A stretch of 64,000 bases of DNA, taken from a virus. The notes beneath the pieces were generated by a model. It was not told the origin of the DNA and made no database searches. It saw only the letters and a list, made by a program, of their open reading frames with translations. Below, in pieces: positions 9,205-18,134 of the stretch; positions within the stretch are counted from its first letter, which is position 1, and every line of letters begins with the position of its first letter. A program made the translations under genes and the position numbers. The stretch spans positions 1 through 64,000 of IMG/VR virus record IMGVR_UViG_3300009695_000004; one strand, given 5' to 3'.

Positions 9205-10767
9205 CTATACACCTATTCTAATTCTTTTTGGGTAACAGTACGCTACCTCAGAAAAAGTCCCAAGACTACCTATGAATTTATAGAGCATAGCAATTCCAGT
9301 ATCGTTTGAACTTGATCCATTTCTTGTCTTTTCAAAGAAAACAGTCCTGTATGTAGCATCTGTCTCTGGAGTGTAATCTTCTTTCACCCATTTATTTCCA
9401 ATAAGTTTTCTTTGAAATGGATGACAATAAAACTTTTTATTTCCAGAATCGAGTTCCTCAAGAAATGTTGGACGAATTAGAGTCAGGCTCTCTAAAATTT
9501 CTTTCACTTGTTTACTTTGAGAAATGACTGATGCATTTAAAAACAATACATTGTTTAATCCTTCTGCTAATTGAATGTTTGCTAATCCTATAAGATTATA
9601 TTTTTTACATAGAGTATCTAAAGTCCTTGAATCCTTTATAAGTCTAAGGTGATTATTATCTCCTGCTCCTATATCCAACTCACTTTTAAAAGTATCATAA
9701 GCTAGTACATCAAATCCTTCTGTGAGAGCATATTTCCTAACTTTTTTCTTTACTATAGAGATGTCAGCATCACAAATTTGTACGAACTTAAAACTTTTTG
9801 AAAACTTTTCATTCCATACTTTCTGTGCTTTTTTAATCATCTCTCTATCTTCAAGTGTCAATTCTCCTTTATTTTTTAACTTTTTCTTACTTACTTTATA
9901 GTATTTGAAGTATTTCACAAGAATAAGCATCAAGAATTGCATTTTAAATACACTAGACCTTTGTTCGTTTGAGATAATTATTATTTTTCTTCCTCTAAAT
10001 TGAAGTCCCATTAATATCGTGGTCATCATAGTTGTCTTACCCGAACTTGAAAATCCACCTAACATATTTAGTGATTGGGGCATGAGTCCTCCGATTTCAT
10101 TACTCATATAAGAAAACCCCTTCATATTCTCTCCATCTTCTGATTCTCCAAGTATATCAAAAGGAACTCCCGACTCCAATCCTTCTTGTAATCCCTCTAA
10201 ATATTCATCTGTTATCTCTAAATCTCCTTCTTCCAAGACCTTCGTACTATTACCTGTAGAAAACTCATTTATCCTTTGCATATACCACTCAACAACAGAT
10301 TCACTGTCCATTTTTCTAAACAATTTTAAAGGAATTATCTCTTTGCCATCACAATTAATTGGTTTTAATAAATTCATTCCTAAATCATAAAGCTTTAAGA
10401 TTACATTTTCTCTATCCAATACATCAAGATATGCTTCTGCGTTTTTATCATTCATAATATCAATAACGTCTTGAATTGATTGCCATCCGCCTCTTTGTTC
10501 ATATCCATTAGTTACAACTTCTCCACATTCTGAGAAAATTGTAACATCATCTATTACATTAAAATTCTTTTTACGAATATTATTAGCTATTTCAAAGTAG
10601 AATTTGCCATCTTGAGTAATAAAATCAGTTGATTTTAAATTAACTTCATCAAGAGTTAAAATATCTTTAAAAATTATTCCGACAATATTACCCTCGTGCA
10701 TTGCTCTGTTTTCTAATAATTCTTTTGGATATCTTTCTGTGACACCTGTGATAAATATATCATCCAA
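9205..10767 (-). CDS. dnaB: replicative DNA helicase (DnaB-like)
   Basis: Walker A GGFSSSGKTTMMT with a RecA-like C-terminal domain. TTG start with GAGGAGGG upstream. Confidence 0.8.
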   Translation of the reverse strand: MDDIFITGVTERYPKELLENRAMHEGNIVGIIFKDILTLDEVNLKSTDFITQDGKFYFEIANNIRKKNFNVIDDVTIFSECGEVVTNGYEQRGGWQSIQDVIDIMNDKNAEAYLDVLDRENVILKLYDLGMNLLKPINCDGKEIIPLKLFRKMDSESVVEWYMQRINEFSTGNSTKVLEEGDLEITDEYLEGLQEGLESGVPFDILGESEDGENMKGFSYMSNEIGGLMPQSLNMLGGFSSSGKTTMMTTILMGLQFRGRKIIIISNEQRSSVFKMQFLMLILVKYFKYYKVSKKKLKNKGELTLEDREMIKKAQKVWNEKFSKSFKFVQICDADISIVKKKVRKYALTEGFDVLAYDTFKSELDIGAGDNNHLRLIKDSRTLDTLCKKYNLIGLANIQLAEGLNNVLFLNASVISQSKQVKEILESLTLIRPTFLEELDSGNKKFYCHPFQRKLIGNKWVKEDYTPETDATYRTVFFEKTRNGSSSNDTGIAMLYKFIGSLGTFSEVAYCYPKRIRIGV

Positions 10768-10768
10768 T

Positions 10769-11245
10769 TTAACCCTCCTCGTACTCGTCTAAATATTGAG
10801 CAAGACTTTTTTTCTTATCTTTTTTCTTATAGTTTACTTCAGTAGTCTCTACAACTACATTTCTCTCCACTTTGATTTCAACTATATAATCTTTAATATT
10901 ATTTCTTATAATAGTCGTAAAATATTTTATCTTTCCATATTCAGAATTAAAATTTTTTGACATAAATCCATTAATTTGGGGAAGATTATCAGTTAAATAT
11001 CCTAATATTTTCACATAGGTATGTATATTGGATATTTCTGTTAATTCCTTAAAAAGAATTGTATTCGTTGTCTTATCTAGAACTTCCATACATATATCAT
11101 ATACATCTGCTTTTGCTTTCTTTTCTATAATATCATCCAGATACTCCTTCTCATTACAATAATATTGATTCTTGTTATTAATAACTACTTTAAAAGAGCT
11201 ATCTCTTTCATTCTTTTTCTTACATACTTTACAAATTACTAACAT
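10769..11245 (-). CDS. hypothetical protein (158 aa), N-terminal CxxC pairs
   Basis: ORF track. AAGGAGGG RBS. N-terminus contains CKVCKKK...YYCNEKEY. Confidence 0.55.
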   Translation of the reverse strand: MLVICKVCKKKNERDSSFKVVINNKNQYYCNEKEYLDDIIEKKAKADVYDICMEVLDKTTNTILFKELTEISNIHTYVKILGYLTDNLPQINGFMSKNFNSEYGKIKYFTTIIRNNIKDYIVEIKVERNVVVETTEVNYKKKDKKKSLAQYLDEYEEG

Positions 11246-11258
11246 TTATTTCCCTCCT

Positions 11259-11286
11259 TAAAAAAATAAAGGGGAATTTCACCCCT
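11259..11286 (-). terminator. rho-independent terminator
   Basis: Minus strand reads AGGGG-tgaaatt-CCCCT followed by TTATTTTTTT, just downstream of the stop at 11295. Confidence 0.6.
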
Positions 11287-11294
11287 ATATTTGG

Positions 11295-12446
11295 TTATTG
11301 AAGATATTCTAAAACCTTAACAAACATTTCTGTTGGCTTATCGGTGTCTAATTTCTCTGCATTGTAGTCTGCAAATATCTTCTTTATGCCGCTAATTTTA
11401 GTTTTATCTCCGGCTTTTGCTAAATCCTTCATAATTGCTGCTATTTTATTCTTAAGTTCTTCATTCTTAGCCTTGTCTACAACCAGTTCTTCCTTTACAT
11501 CATCCTCAATAAGAATATCTTCTATAGTTTCTTCAATAGGTGCAACTTCTTTCTTAGATACAGGAGTAACTTCCTTTGTATCAGACACTGGCTTTGCATA
11601 GAAATCTACTTGTTTCTGTATTGCGTCCTCAATTGCCTTAATGAAACTATCTGTGGTGAAATCTACTTTTGCATCGATGAATTTAAGATGAGACTTATTA
11701 TCTATTGCATGTTCTTCATCTCTGAAAGCAAGAACTCTCTTTTCACTTTGGATTCTGCCGACCTTCTTATCTTTCTTTGTAAAAGCATCTTTAACAGTTT
11801 GAATATCATTCATTTCTCTTTCGACATAAGCACACCCTACGATAGCAACCCTATCTTTTATCGCATTGTAATACTTTGAATCTAAGTCGGAGGTAGTTAC
11901 TTCATATTCAATATCTGTTTGAGGATCTTTGATATTCTTTTTCTTTGTATGTCCTATAAAAAAAGGACAAATTCCAGCATTTCTTAAAGGGAATATAGTT
12001 CTTATAACTAAATCAACAACCAAGTTTTCTCCTGCCTGGAATCCTCCATATGCTGCCTTAATACTTGCTACTTTCTTTGTTGGATTAGCGTTATTATATT
12101 CAGAAACCATATAGTCTTCTGCTATCCTAAATATTTCATTGGTTGTATCCATCGCAACCATTCTTAATTCTGGATAATCTTCTTTCTTATACTTAACCAA
12201 TAGTTTAATAATTTCAGAAAAGTCCTTCCAATCTTTTGCTACTTCATTAAGTACGTTTCCCATATGTTCCGGTTTTGGCTCTTCCCCCACAGTTAGGAGA
12301 AGAACACCGTCCTCTCCATATAGTTTTTGACCAATTTCTACTGCGGTTGTAGTCTTGCCAATGCCAGCAATTCCATTAAGCATATAACTATAGTCTGCAA
12401 AGCCTGTTGCTACTGTTGTTTTTGAACCAATTTTTCTTCTCTCCAT
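11295..12446 (-). CDS. AAA_24/Sak4-like RecA-family ATPase
   Basis: Walker A GIAGIGKTTT and Walker B-like VAMDTTNE. Start moved to ATG 12446 (AAGAAGGA RBS) because the promoter motif overlaps the track start at 12467. Confidence 0.65.
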   Translation of the reverse strand: MERRKIGSKTTVATGFADYSYMLNGIAGIGKTTTAVEIGQKLYGEDGVLLLTVGEEPKPEHMGNVLNEVAKDWKDFSEIIKLLVKYKKEDYPELRMVAMDTTNEIFRIAEDYMVSEYNNANPTKKVASIKAAYGGFQAGENLVVDLVIRTIFPLRNAGICPFFIGHTKKKNIKDPQTDIEYEVTTSDLDSKYYNAIKDRVAIVGCAYVEREMNDIQTVKDAFTKKDKKVGRIQSEKRVLAFRDEEHAIDNKSHLKFIDAKVDFTTDSFIKAIEDAIQKQVDFYAKPVSDTKEVTPVSKKEVAPIEETIEDILIEDDVKEELVVDKAKNEELKNKIAAIMKDLAKAGDKTKISGIKKIFADYNAEKLDTDKPTEMFVKVLEYLQ

Positions 12447-12464
12447 AAATACAATTCCTTCTTT

Positions 12465-12483
12465 CATATTATATTTGATTTGT
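12465..12483 (-). promoter_or_regulatory. phage promoter-like motif
   Basis: Sense strand ACAAATCAAATATAATATG, immediately after the stop of the upstream gene and 18 nt before ATG 12446. Confidence 0.55.
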
Positions 12484-13700
12484 TACATAAGTCCTGCAAA
12501 AATATCCTCTGAACTATCCTCAGTATCATCTATCTTAGGAGTTTCTTTTAACTCAATGGCTTTGATTACAAAATCAGCATCTTTAAAAATTGTATCTTTT
12601 CTGCCTTTTGTATATCCTTTGCTTACTGTTTCTACTACCATTTTTTCAACCTTATCTCCGTATAAATCCCCACCTAATTCAGCTCTTACATCGTCAAGTG
12701 TCATAACTCCAAGTTCAATCATTTCCTTTTGAAAGTCATTTAGCATTTCTTCTGTAATTTCAACTTTCTGAGATCCATTTAACATCTGTACTTTAACTCC
12801 AATTTCCTTATAACTCTCATCAATAACACTGAATTGGCTAACTAAAAGTTTATGTAGCTTCTCTTTCTTTATATCAATGTCATCGTTTGTTGTATCAAGC
12901 CATACCTCTATTGGAACAGATATTTCTTGCTTTCTATCATTATCATAATTTTTAATAAATCCATTTACTAAAAATCCACCTTTGGCCTCTACTACTGCAT
13001 CCTCTTTAAAGAATATTATTATGTTTGCACTAGATGTTGCTATTGCATCTTTTGCAGCAAGGTATATTCTTGATGGAACTAAGTTCTTACGGAATTTTCC
13101 TTGATACTCTGTCCACTGAATGTCTCCCATAATCTTGAACATTCTATCAGAAAACTTTTCAGAATCTATTAACTTTTTAACAAGTTCAATGAAATCATGC
13201 TCATGTATAAATTCCTTCCTCTTCTTATGGCTATCTGTTAATGCTTTTTCAACATCAGCAAACTCTACTAACTCTAATTCTTTAAGATCATTCTCAGTGA
13301 TACTTCCATCTTTAACTTTTTCTGAAGCCTTTTCTAGTTTATATCTTCTTCCAGGCTCTTCAAGATCAATTACAAACTTTTTAAATTCGGCTACTTGTTC
13401 AATTATCTCAGGTTTATTTCTATCTCCCCATGCAAACTGAACACCCTTACCTTTAATCTTCTCTTCTGTGGTCTTATCTATTCCACCCTTATCTACAGTG
13501 AATACCTTTCCTGTTCCATCTGCTTTATATAAGCTCTTCATTCTTGTAAAATGCCTGTTGCATCCAGCTACAATAGTTGGCTGAAATATCGTAGTAGTAT
13601 ACCCTTTCGCAGAAGTTGTATTTGCGTAGGGCTTGAACTTTTCTGTTTCTTTCACCGTTGTTAGATATCCGATGAACTCAAATGTGTTATTGTTAGCCAT
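12483..13700 (-). CDS. hypothetical replication-module protein (405 aa); possible ssDNA-binding/annealing role
   Basis: ORF track. Lies next to the AAA_24 ATPase, as in Sak4-SSB modules. No diagnostic motif was recognised. Confidence 0.55.
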   Translation of the reverse strand: MANNNTFEFIGYLTTVKETEKFKPYANTTSAKGYTTTIFQPTIVAGCNRHFTRMKSLYKADGTGKVFTVDKGGIDKTTEEKIKGKGVQFAWGDRNKPEIIEQVAEFKKFVIDLEEPGRRYKLEKASEKVKDGSITENDLKELELVEFADVEKALTDSHKKRKEFIHEHDFIELVKKLIDSEKFSDRMFKIMGDIQWTEYQGKFRKNLVPSRIYLAAKDAIATSSANIIIFFKEDAVVEAKGGFLVNGFIKNYDNDRKQEISVPIEVWLDTTNDDIDIKKEKLHKLLVSQFSVIDESYKEIGVKVQMLNGSQKVEITEEMLNDFQKEMIELGVMTLDDVRAELGGDLYGDKVEKMVVETVSKGYTKGRKDTIFKDADFVIKAIELKETPKIDDTEDSSEDIFAGLM

Positions 13701-13725
13701 TAATAAATTCCTCCTCGATTCCTAT

Positions 13726-13744
13726 TATTTTATATTTGTATTGT
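13726..13744 (-). promoter_or_regulatory. phage promoter-like motif (degenerate)
   Basis: Sense strand ACAATACAAATATAAAATA, 25 nt before ATG 13700. Confidence 0.4.
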
Positions 13745-13783
13745 ATAAACTGGCTTGGACACCATTTCATAATCTACTCTCTA

Positions 13784-13812
13784 ATTATACTATATTACTT
13801 TCGTATTGTCAA
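13784..13812 (-). promoter_or_regulatory. sigma-A consensus promoter with phage motif in spacer
   Basis: Sense strand is TTGACA, the 17-nt spacer ATACGAAAGTAATATAG, then TATAAT. Confidence 0.6.
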
Positions 13813-13829
13813 TAAATATTTAAAACTAT

Positions 13830-14126
13830 TTATTCTTCTGAACTCCATCCACAGTTATTACAATAATCTTCCCTAACTTCCTCTTGAACTTCACACCCTT
13901 GGTATTCCACTACCTCATTTAAAATCACTCTTTTATCAAGCAAATTGAAGCAATCAGGGCACATATTATTCTCTCTAGCTTCCTCTATAATCAAATCTTC
14001 TATATCTGATGCTGTAGAAAATGGATAATTATTAATCTGTTCACTGAACGATTTTAGTTCGTCCAGTGTTTCTTTCTTACTTCCATAATGTTTTTCCAAT
14101 GCTTCATATAAATCTTGTACATCCAT
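13830..14126 (-). CDS. hypothetical acidic protein (98 aa) with CPDC...CNNC zinc-ribbon
   Basis: ORF track; co-directional packed array. Confidence 0.5.
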   Translation of the reverse strand: MDVQDLYEALEKHYGSKKETLDELKSFSEQINNYPFSTASDIEDLIIEEARENNMCPDCFNLLDKRVILNEVVEYQGCEVQEEVREDYCNNCGWSSEE

Positions 14127-14128
14127 GC

Positions 14129-14371
14129 CTAATCCTCCATATCCCTATATTCAATTGACAGTAACTCACCTCTCCTTCCAGCGTCATACGCCATTTGTAG
14201 CATGCTAGGTATTAAGTGTATGTCCTGGAAATTACAACCTGTATGATTCTCTTCTGCAAGTCCATCCTCTGCCTCAAATACTGTTTGTCCATCAAATCTA
14301 ATTAATATTTTGTCATCATAACCGTCCGTTTCTAAAGCATCGTAGTCTTTTGATATGTACTCAACTTTCAC
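14129..14371 (-). CDS. hypothetical acidic protein (80 aa)
   Basis: ORF track; 2-nt gap to the upstream gene. Confidence 0.5.
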   Translation of the reverse strand: MKVEYISKDYDALETDGYDDKILIRFDGQTVFEAEDGLAEENHTGCNFQDIHLIPSMLQMAYDAGRRGELLSIEYRDMED

Positions 14372-14389
14372 AATAATCTCCCCCTATTT

Positions 14390-14584
14390 TTAATCTGTAG
14401 TTTCTGCTACTTCTACCGGAACTTCTTCAACATTCATACGCCAATATCTTGCAAATTCATTTGTTTCATTACATATATGTTTAAAGTCTAAACTCTCGCT
14501 GCCTTGAATAGAATTCTTATATCTGAAACATGATTTAGACTTCTCACATTCCTCAGTAATACAAACCATTATTCCTGCCAACAT
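14390..14584 (-). CDS. hypothetical Cys-rich protein (64 aa)
   Basis: ORF track. Confidence 0.45.
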   Translation of the reverse strand: MLAGIMVCITEECEKSKSCFRYKNSIQGSESLDFKHICNETNEFARYWRMNVEEVPVEVAETTD

Positions 14585-14593
14585 ATCACCTCT

Positions 14594-14737
14594 TTAATTA
14601 TCTTGTGATGAAAGCCAATTTAAAAAATCTTTTAACTCTGTTGCAAGTTCATCATTAATAACAGTTTCCTGTTCGGCCTTATTTATAAAGTTTGTTATTG
14701 ATGCAAAGTCAGTTAAGGTTATTCTTGCACTCTTCAT
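14594..14737 (-). CDS. hypothetical protein (47 aa), not in ORF track
   Basis: ATG at 14737 with AAGGAGGAATAGT upstream. Reads MKSARITLTDFASITNFINKAEQETVINDELATELKDFLNWLSSQDN. Length is 144 nt including the stop. Confidence 0.45.
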   Translation of the reverse strand: MKSARITLTDFASITNFINKAEQETVINDELATELKDFLNWLSSQDN

Positions 14738-14755
14738 ACTATTCCTCCTTATTAT

Positions 14756-15001
14756 TTACCATTCCATTTCTCTTTCTGCTAATTCTATAAATTCATCCAT
14801 ATTTATAGAATCTAATAATAACTCTATGTCTGTACCATCGGCACATATTCCCTCTTCTTCCATTTGTTGTGTAATGCATTTTCCTTTTGTTGAGTAATTA
14901 CCACTATGTTGTCTAAACCATGTTTCAGAATATATTTTCCCATTCCATTCAATTGATCTTACGGCAATTTCATCGCTTAATGTTTCTATTGTTAATTTCA
15001 T
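14756..15001 (-). CDS. hypothetical protein (81 aa)
   Basis: ORF track; AAAGGAGGATAAGTT upstream. Confidence 0.5.
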   Translation of the reverse strand: MKLTIETLSDEIAVRSIEWNGKIYSETWFRQHSGNYSTKGKCITQQMEEEGICADGTDIELLLDSINMDEFIELAEREMEW

Positions 15002-15015
15002 AACTTATCCTCCTT

Positions 15016-15037
15016 TATTTTACATTTGAATTGTCAA
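15016..15037 (-). promoter_or_regulatory. phage promoter-like motif
   Basis: Sense strand TTGACAATTCAAATGTAAAATA, ending 14 nt before ATG 15001. Confidence 0.5.
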
Positions 15038-15189
15038 TTGGTTTTTAAATCTGCAACTTCATTATCAATCTCTTCATCTGAACGAAGATCATTTTCATAC
15101 CACTCGTCCAACTTCGTTAATAACTTTGTAGGATATTTTCTTTTTCTAGTTTCCACATCATCCAGAACTTCTATGTAATGTATTACCAA
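15034..15189 (-). CDS. hypothetical protein (51 aa, TTG start), not in ORF track
   Basis: TTG at 15189 follows AAGGAAG. Reads (M)VIHYIEVLDDVETRKRKYPTKLLTKLDEWYENDLRSDEEIDNEVADLKTN. A 12-codon ORF with a strong GGAGGTG RBS overlaps it upstream in another frame. Confidence 0.35.
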   Translation of the reverse strand: MVIHYIEVLDDVETRKRKYPTKLLTKLDEWYENDLRSDEEIDNEVADLKTN

Positions 15190-15262
15190 ATCATCACTTC
15201 CTTAGTGTAAAATTGCTTCATGTATCCACCTCCATGCCCTAAATGTCATAAAACTAGTTACA

Positions 15263-15592
15263 CTAGAGCTTAGTCTCTAGAAAATTCTTAATTGCTTCAT
15301 CCGAGTAACCAAAGGCTTTGCCTAAAATCCAATGTTCAAAACTGGTCTTTGGTTCTTCGGGAAGTAATTTTATTATTTCAAGCATATAATCATCCTTATA
15401 AATCCATATTGTTTTCCATTCAGGTGCAAGATCCTCTGCATATGTTTTTAATCCAAATACATTCCTAATTCTTATACTTATTTCTTCAAAATACCTCTCT
15501 TGGATTGCTTCACACGCACAAAGTTTTCCTTTTTGAATTAAATCACAATATAAATCTATCTTTAGTTTTATAAAATCATTTAACATTTTCAA
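15263..15592 (-). CDS. hypothetical protein (109 aa)
   Basis: ORF track. Confidence 0.5.
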   Translation of the reverse strand: MKMLNDFIKLKIDLYCDLIQKGKLCACEAIQERYFEEISIRIRNVFGLKTYAEDLAPEWKTIWIYKDDYMLEIIKLLPEEPKTSFEHWILGKAFGYSDEAIKNFLETKL

Positions 15593-15637
15593 CCTTCTTT
15601 TTACTTATTTTCTATATTATGTCGCCATTTATTTGTA

Positions 15638-15820
15638 TTATGAAATAATTTTTACTTCCTTGACAACAAAATTATTGTAATCATTAGGATGACGTAATTT
15701 ATAATTCTCTTGACCTAATAACGCCTTATCCATTGATAGATATACAATGTCATCAAGAATATCACTTGTTTCTAATCCTACATTTCCTACATATATTCCT
15801 TTAACAACATATCCTTTCAT
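15638..15820 (-). CDS. hypothetical protein (60 aa)
   Basis: ORF track; GGAGGTAAAA upstream of the ATG. Confidence 0.5.
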   Translation of the reverse strand: MKGYVVKGIYVGNVGLETSDILDDIVYLSMDKALLGQENYKLRHPNDYNNFVVKEVKIIS

Positions 15821-15845
15821 TTTTACCTCCTAAGTCGCAATATAA

Positions 15846-15874
15846 TCAGTAGTCAAGGACTACTTGACAACTGA
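15846..15874 (-). other. leader hairpin between promoter motif and gene
   Basis: TCAGT-A-GTCAAG, loop GACTA, then CTTGAC-A-ACTGA (11 bp with one A-A mismatch). Confidence 0.5.
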
Positions 15875-15894
15875 TTCACACTATTCCCAAAGTA

Positions 15895-15913
15895 CACAAT
15901 ATTTTTGAATTGT
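15895..15913 (-). promoter_or_regulatory. phage promoter-like motif (degenerate)
   Basis: Sense strand ACAATTCAAAAATATTGTG. Confidence 0.35.
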
Positions 15914-15917
15914 GAAA

Positions 15918-16253
15918 CTAAATTATATAACTAATTGATTCCCATAACGCATCACAAAGTTCATTATAGTATTCAGTTTCTTGTCCAGTAGTATAACCCT
16001 GTTTGGGGTTTATGGTTACGCAATATCTACCGCCCTCATTAATTATTTGTTGAGTGTATTTTGTTTTAGATTCAAGTATTTCAATCATTTTACCTATGGT
16101 TATCCTTTCAGCAAGTAACCCTAAATTAAAGTATTCTATACCTTCCTTATCATTTCTAACACAGTTCCCATATTGACCGAATTGTGTTGCGATTCTCTTT
16201 TGCTTTTTAAAATCGAGTATATTTAATTGTTCTACTGTTAAATGTTGCTTCAA
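15918..16253 (-). CDS. hypothetical protein (111 aa)
   Basis: ORF track; GAGGAGGG upstream. Confidence 0.5.
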   Translation of the reverse strand: MKQHLTVEQLNILDFKKQKRIATQFGQYGNCVRNDKEGIEYFNLGLLAERITIGKMIEILESKTKYTQQIINEGGRYCVTINPKQGYTTGQETEYYNELCDALWESISYII

Positions 16254-16316
16254 TATTTTCCCTCCTCAATTCATTTCACACTAAATTCAAATTGTTCATC
16301 TAATAAAATTAATTTT

Positions 16317-17789
16317 TTATTGTAGTCTTGATTTTAGTTCTTCCAGTATTTCTTCACTTGTAAAATTTTTTAGGGTTTTGATAATTACGGGTACTTCTTT
16401 CGATAAAGATAATATAACAAAATCATATCCGTTAAAGTTAGTATCATATCCACTACTTTTATTTTTCAATCCAGTATCACTAATGTTGTATAAAACACCA
16501 TTTTCCTCTGTATAAATTAATCCGCCGGAAAAATTTTTTCTAACAGTTCCTCCATCTTTAACTATATCCTTCGCTACTAATCCCCTTACTACCTGTCCAA
16601 CTTTATACTTTGGTTCTACACTCTTAACTTCTTCCGGTTGAAAGGCTAATTCTATTGCATTTTTTACTCTTAAATATCCCATACTATCTTCTTTCTTTAT
16701 TAATTCAAATTCCTTTAATGTCTTTGGCAATTCTTTAAGGTCTTCTGCCCAATATCCCCAAAGTTCATCCCTTTTAATTTCTTCAATTTTAGTAGCTTGA
16801 AACGTTCCTCCATAAGTTTTCCACATTATATAATCTCCAACCTTAAATCCTATATCTACAATTTTCTTAGGTTCTTTAACTTTGTATTCTTTAGGGAATA
16901 CCACTTTAGTAACATCCCTCATTGATATAACTTGTTCAATATTTCTAAGCTCTCGTGATTCAAGTGCATTTAGTGACTTTGGAATTTCATTAAATCCATC
17001 TCTAAAGTTTCCCCACAAACTTGTGCCCTGTATAGAATTAATTTGGCATATATCATATCTATCACCTTCATTTTTATAAGCCACATAATCTCCAATATTA
17101 AATTCTTCTTCTTTTGGTTCTGCTGCTGTAACGGTTATTTCTTCCCCTGCTATGGTCTTTGGAAATGGATCTTCTCCAAATAATCTTGCAATAGCTATTC
17201 GGCTACCTTCTACCTTACTGTATGTATCCATTTCCTCAGAATGACACCACGAAGTTCCTACATTACCATTTTCATCTTCAGCTATGGTTTGTCTACCTTT
17301 ATATAAAACATTGATTTTAAGAAAGGAATCAGCTTGTTTTAGTGGAGTTTCTTCATATAGTTCGAGGTCTTTAAGTAAGAAGTAATCGCCACTATTTTCG
17401 CTTAATTCCTCTCGTAAAACGTAGCGACCATTTCTATCACTTTTAACTACTACATATAGGTAATCTTGACGATTTTCTCTAGCTCTTCGTATTGCACCTG
17501 AAGAACTAATTGGATCTCCAGCAGATTTTGTCTTAGGCAATTTAACCTTGTCCCCTACTTTAAATTCTCTTGGAGTTTCAACTAATTTAAGCCATTCTGC
17601 ATCCCATCCACTGTCTGCTTCTCCTACATTAAACTCACTATCATTTTTTTCAAGAACTTTAATTGTTATTAATCCGACTGTATTAATTTTAATAATTTCT
17701 GCCTTACCATTATCTAATATACAATTTACTTTTGATCTTGAGCCTGTTACAATATCTCCTACTTTAAACCTAACATTCTTCTTTTCCAT
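16317..17789 (-). CDS. hypothetical protein with five KVGD-type SH3/Tudor-like repeats (490 aa)
   Basis: Repeats are RFKVGDIVTG, EFKVGDKVKL, FNIGDYVAYK, GFKVGDYIMW and KYKVGQVVRG. Start moved to ATG 17789 (GAGGAGAAGGA RBS) because the promoter motif overlaps the track start at 17810. Confidence 0.6.
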   Translation of the reverse strand: MEKKNVRFKVGDIVTGSRSKVNCILDNGKAEIIKINTVGLITIKVLEKNDSEFNVGEADSGWDAEWLKLVETPREFKVGDKVKLPKTKSAGDPISSSGAIRRARENRQDYLYVVVKSDRNGRYVLREELSENSGDYFLLKDLELYEETPLKQADSFLKINVLYKGRQTIAEDENGNVGTSWCHSEEMDTYSKVEGSRIAIARLFGEDPFPKTIAGEEITVTAAEPKEEEFNIGDYVAYKNEGDRYDICQINSIQGTSLWGNFRDGFNEIPKSLNALESRELRNIEQVISMRDVTKVVFPKEYKVKEPKKIVDIGFKVGDYIMWKTYGGTFQATKIEEIKRDELWGYWAEDLKELPKTLKEFELIKKEDSMGYLRVKNAIELAFQPEEVKSVEPKYKVGQVVRGLVAKDIVKDGGTVRKNFSGGLIYTEENGVLYNISDTGLKNKSSGYDTNFNGYDFVILSLSKEVPVIIKTLKNFTSEEILEELKSRLQ

Positions 17790-17807
17790 AATATCCTTCT
17801 CCTCTTT

Positions 17808-17826
17808 CATATTATTTTTGGTTTGT
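17808..17826 (-). promoter_or_regulatory. phage promoter-like motif (degenerate)
   Basis: Sense strand ACAAACCAAAAATAATATG, 18 nt before ATG 17789. Confidence 0.4.
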
Positions 17827-17878
17827 CCTTTTTCTACTAACTTTAAATCCTTTTATTCATTCGATATATTAAGTATAT

Positions 17879-17900
17879 AATATTACTTTAGTATTGTCAA
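17879..17900 (-). promoter_or_regulatory. phage promoter-like motif with TTGACA
   Basis: Sense strand TTGACAATACTAAAGTAATATT. Confidence 0.45.
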
Positions 17901-17960
17901 CATATATTATATTATATTTGTAATTATTTTTAAAGAATATAAAAGGTAGATTCTATTGGA

Positions 17961-18131
17961 TTATTTATTTACTCCTATATTGAAATAATTGCCTTCATCT
18001 AAATCAATAAATTTTCCTATTCCTATTTCAGAAGGATTTATATCATCATATTCATAATCCCAAATATAAAATTTTATTATTGTCTCATCATTAATATCTT
18101 TTAATAATTCTTTTAAATCTTTTGCTTTCAT
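17961..18131 (-). CDS. hypothetical protein (56 aa), not in ORF track
   Basis: ATG at 18131 with AAAGGAG upstream, 3 nt after the stop of the HNH gene. Reads MKAKDLKELLKDINDETIIKFYIWDYEYDDINPSEIGIGKFIDLDEGNYFNIGVNK. Confidence 0.5.
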   Translation of the reverse strand: MKAKDLKELLKDINDETIIKFYIWDYEYDDINPSEIGIGKFIDLDEGNYFNIGVNK

Positions 18132-18134
18132 ATA

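Noticed and set aside
15190-15262. 12-codon ORF (MKQFYTKEVMIW) with a strong GGAGGTG RBS overlapping the 51-aa ORF: programmed frameshift?
   Set aside because: No slippery heptamer is evident. A simpler model is a TTG start for the downstream ORF, or a sequencing indel. Kept only as a note.
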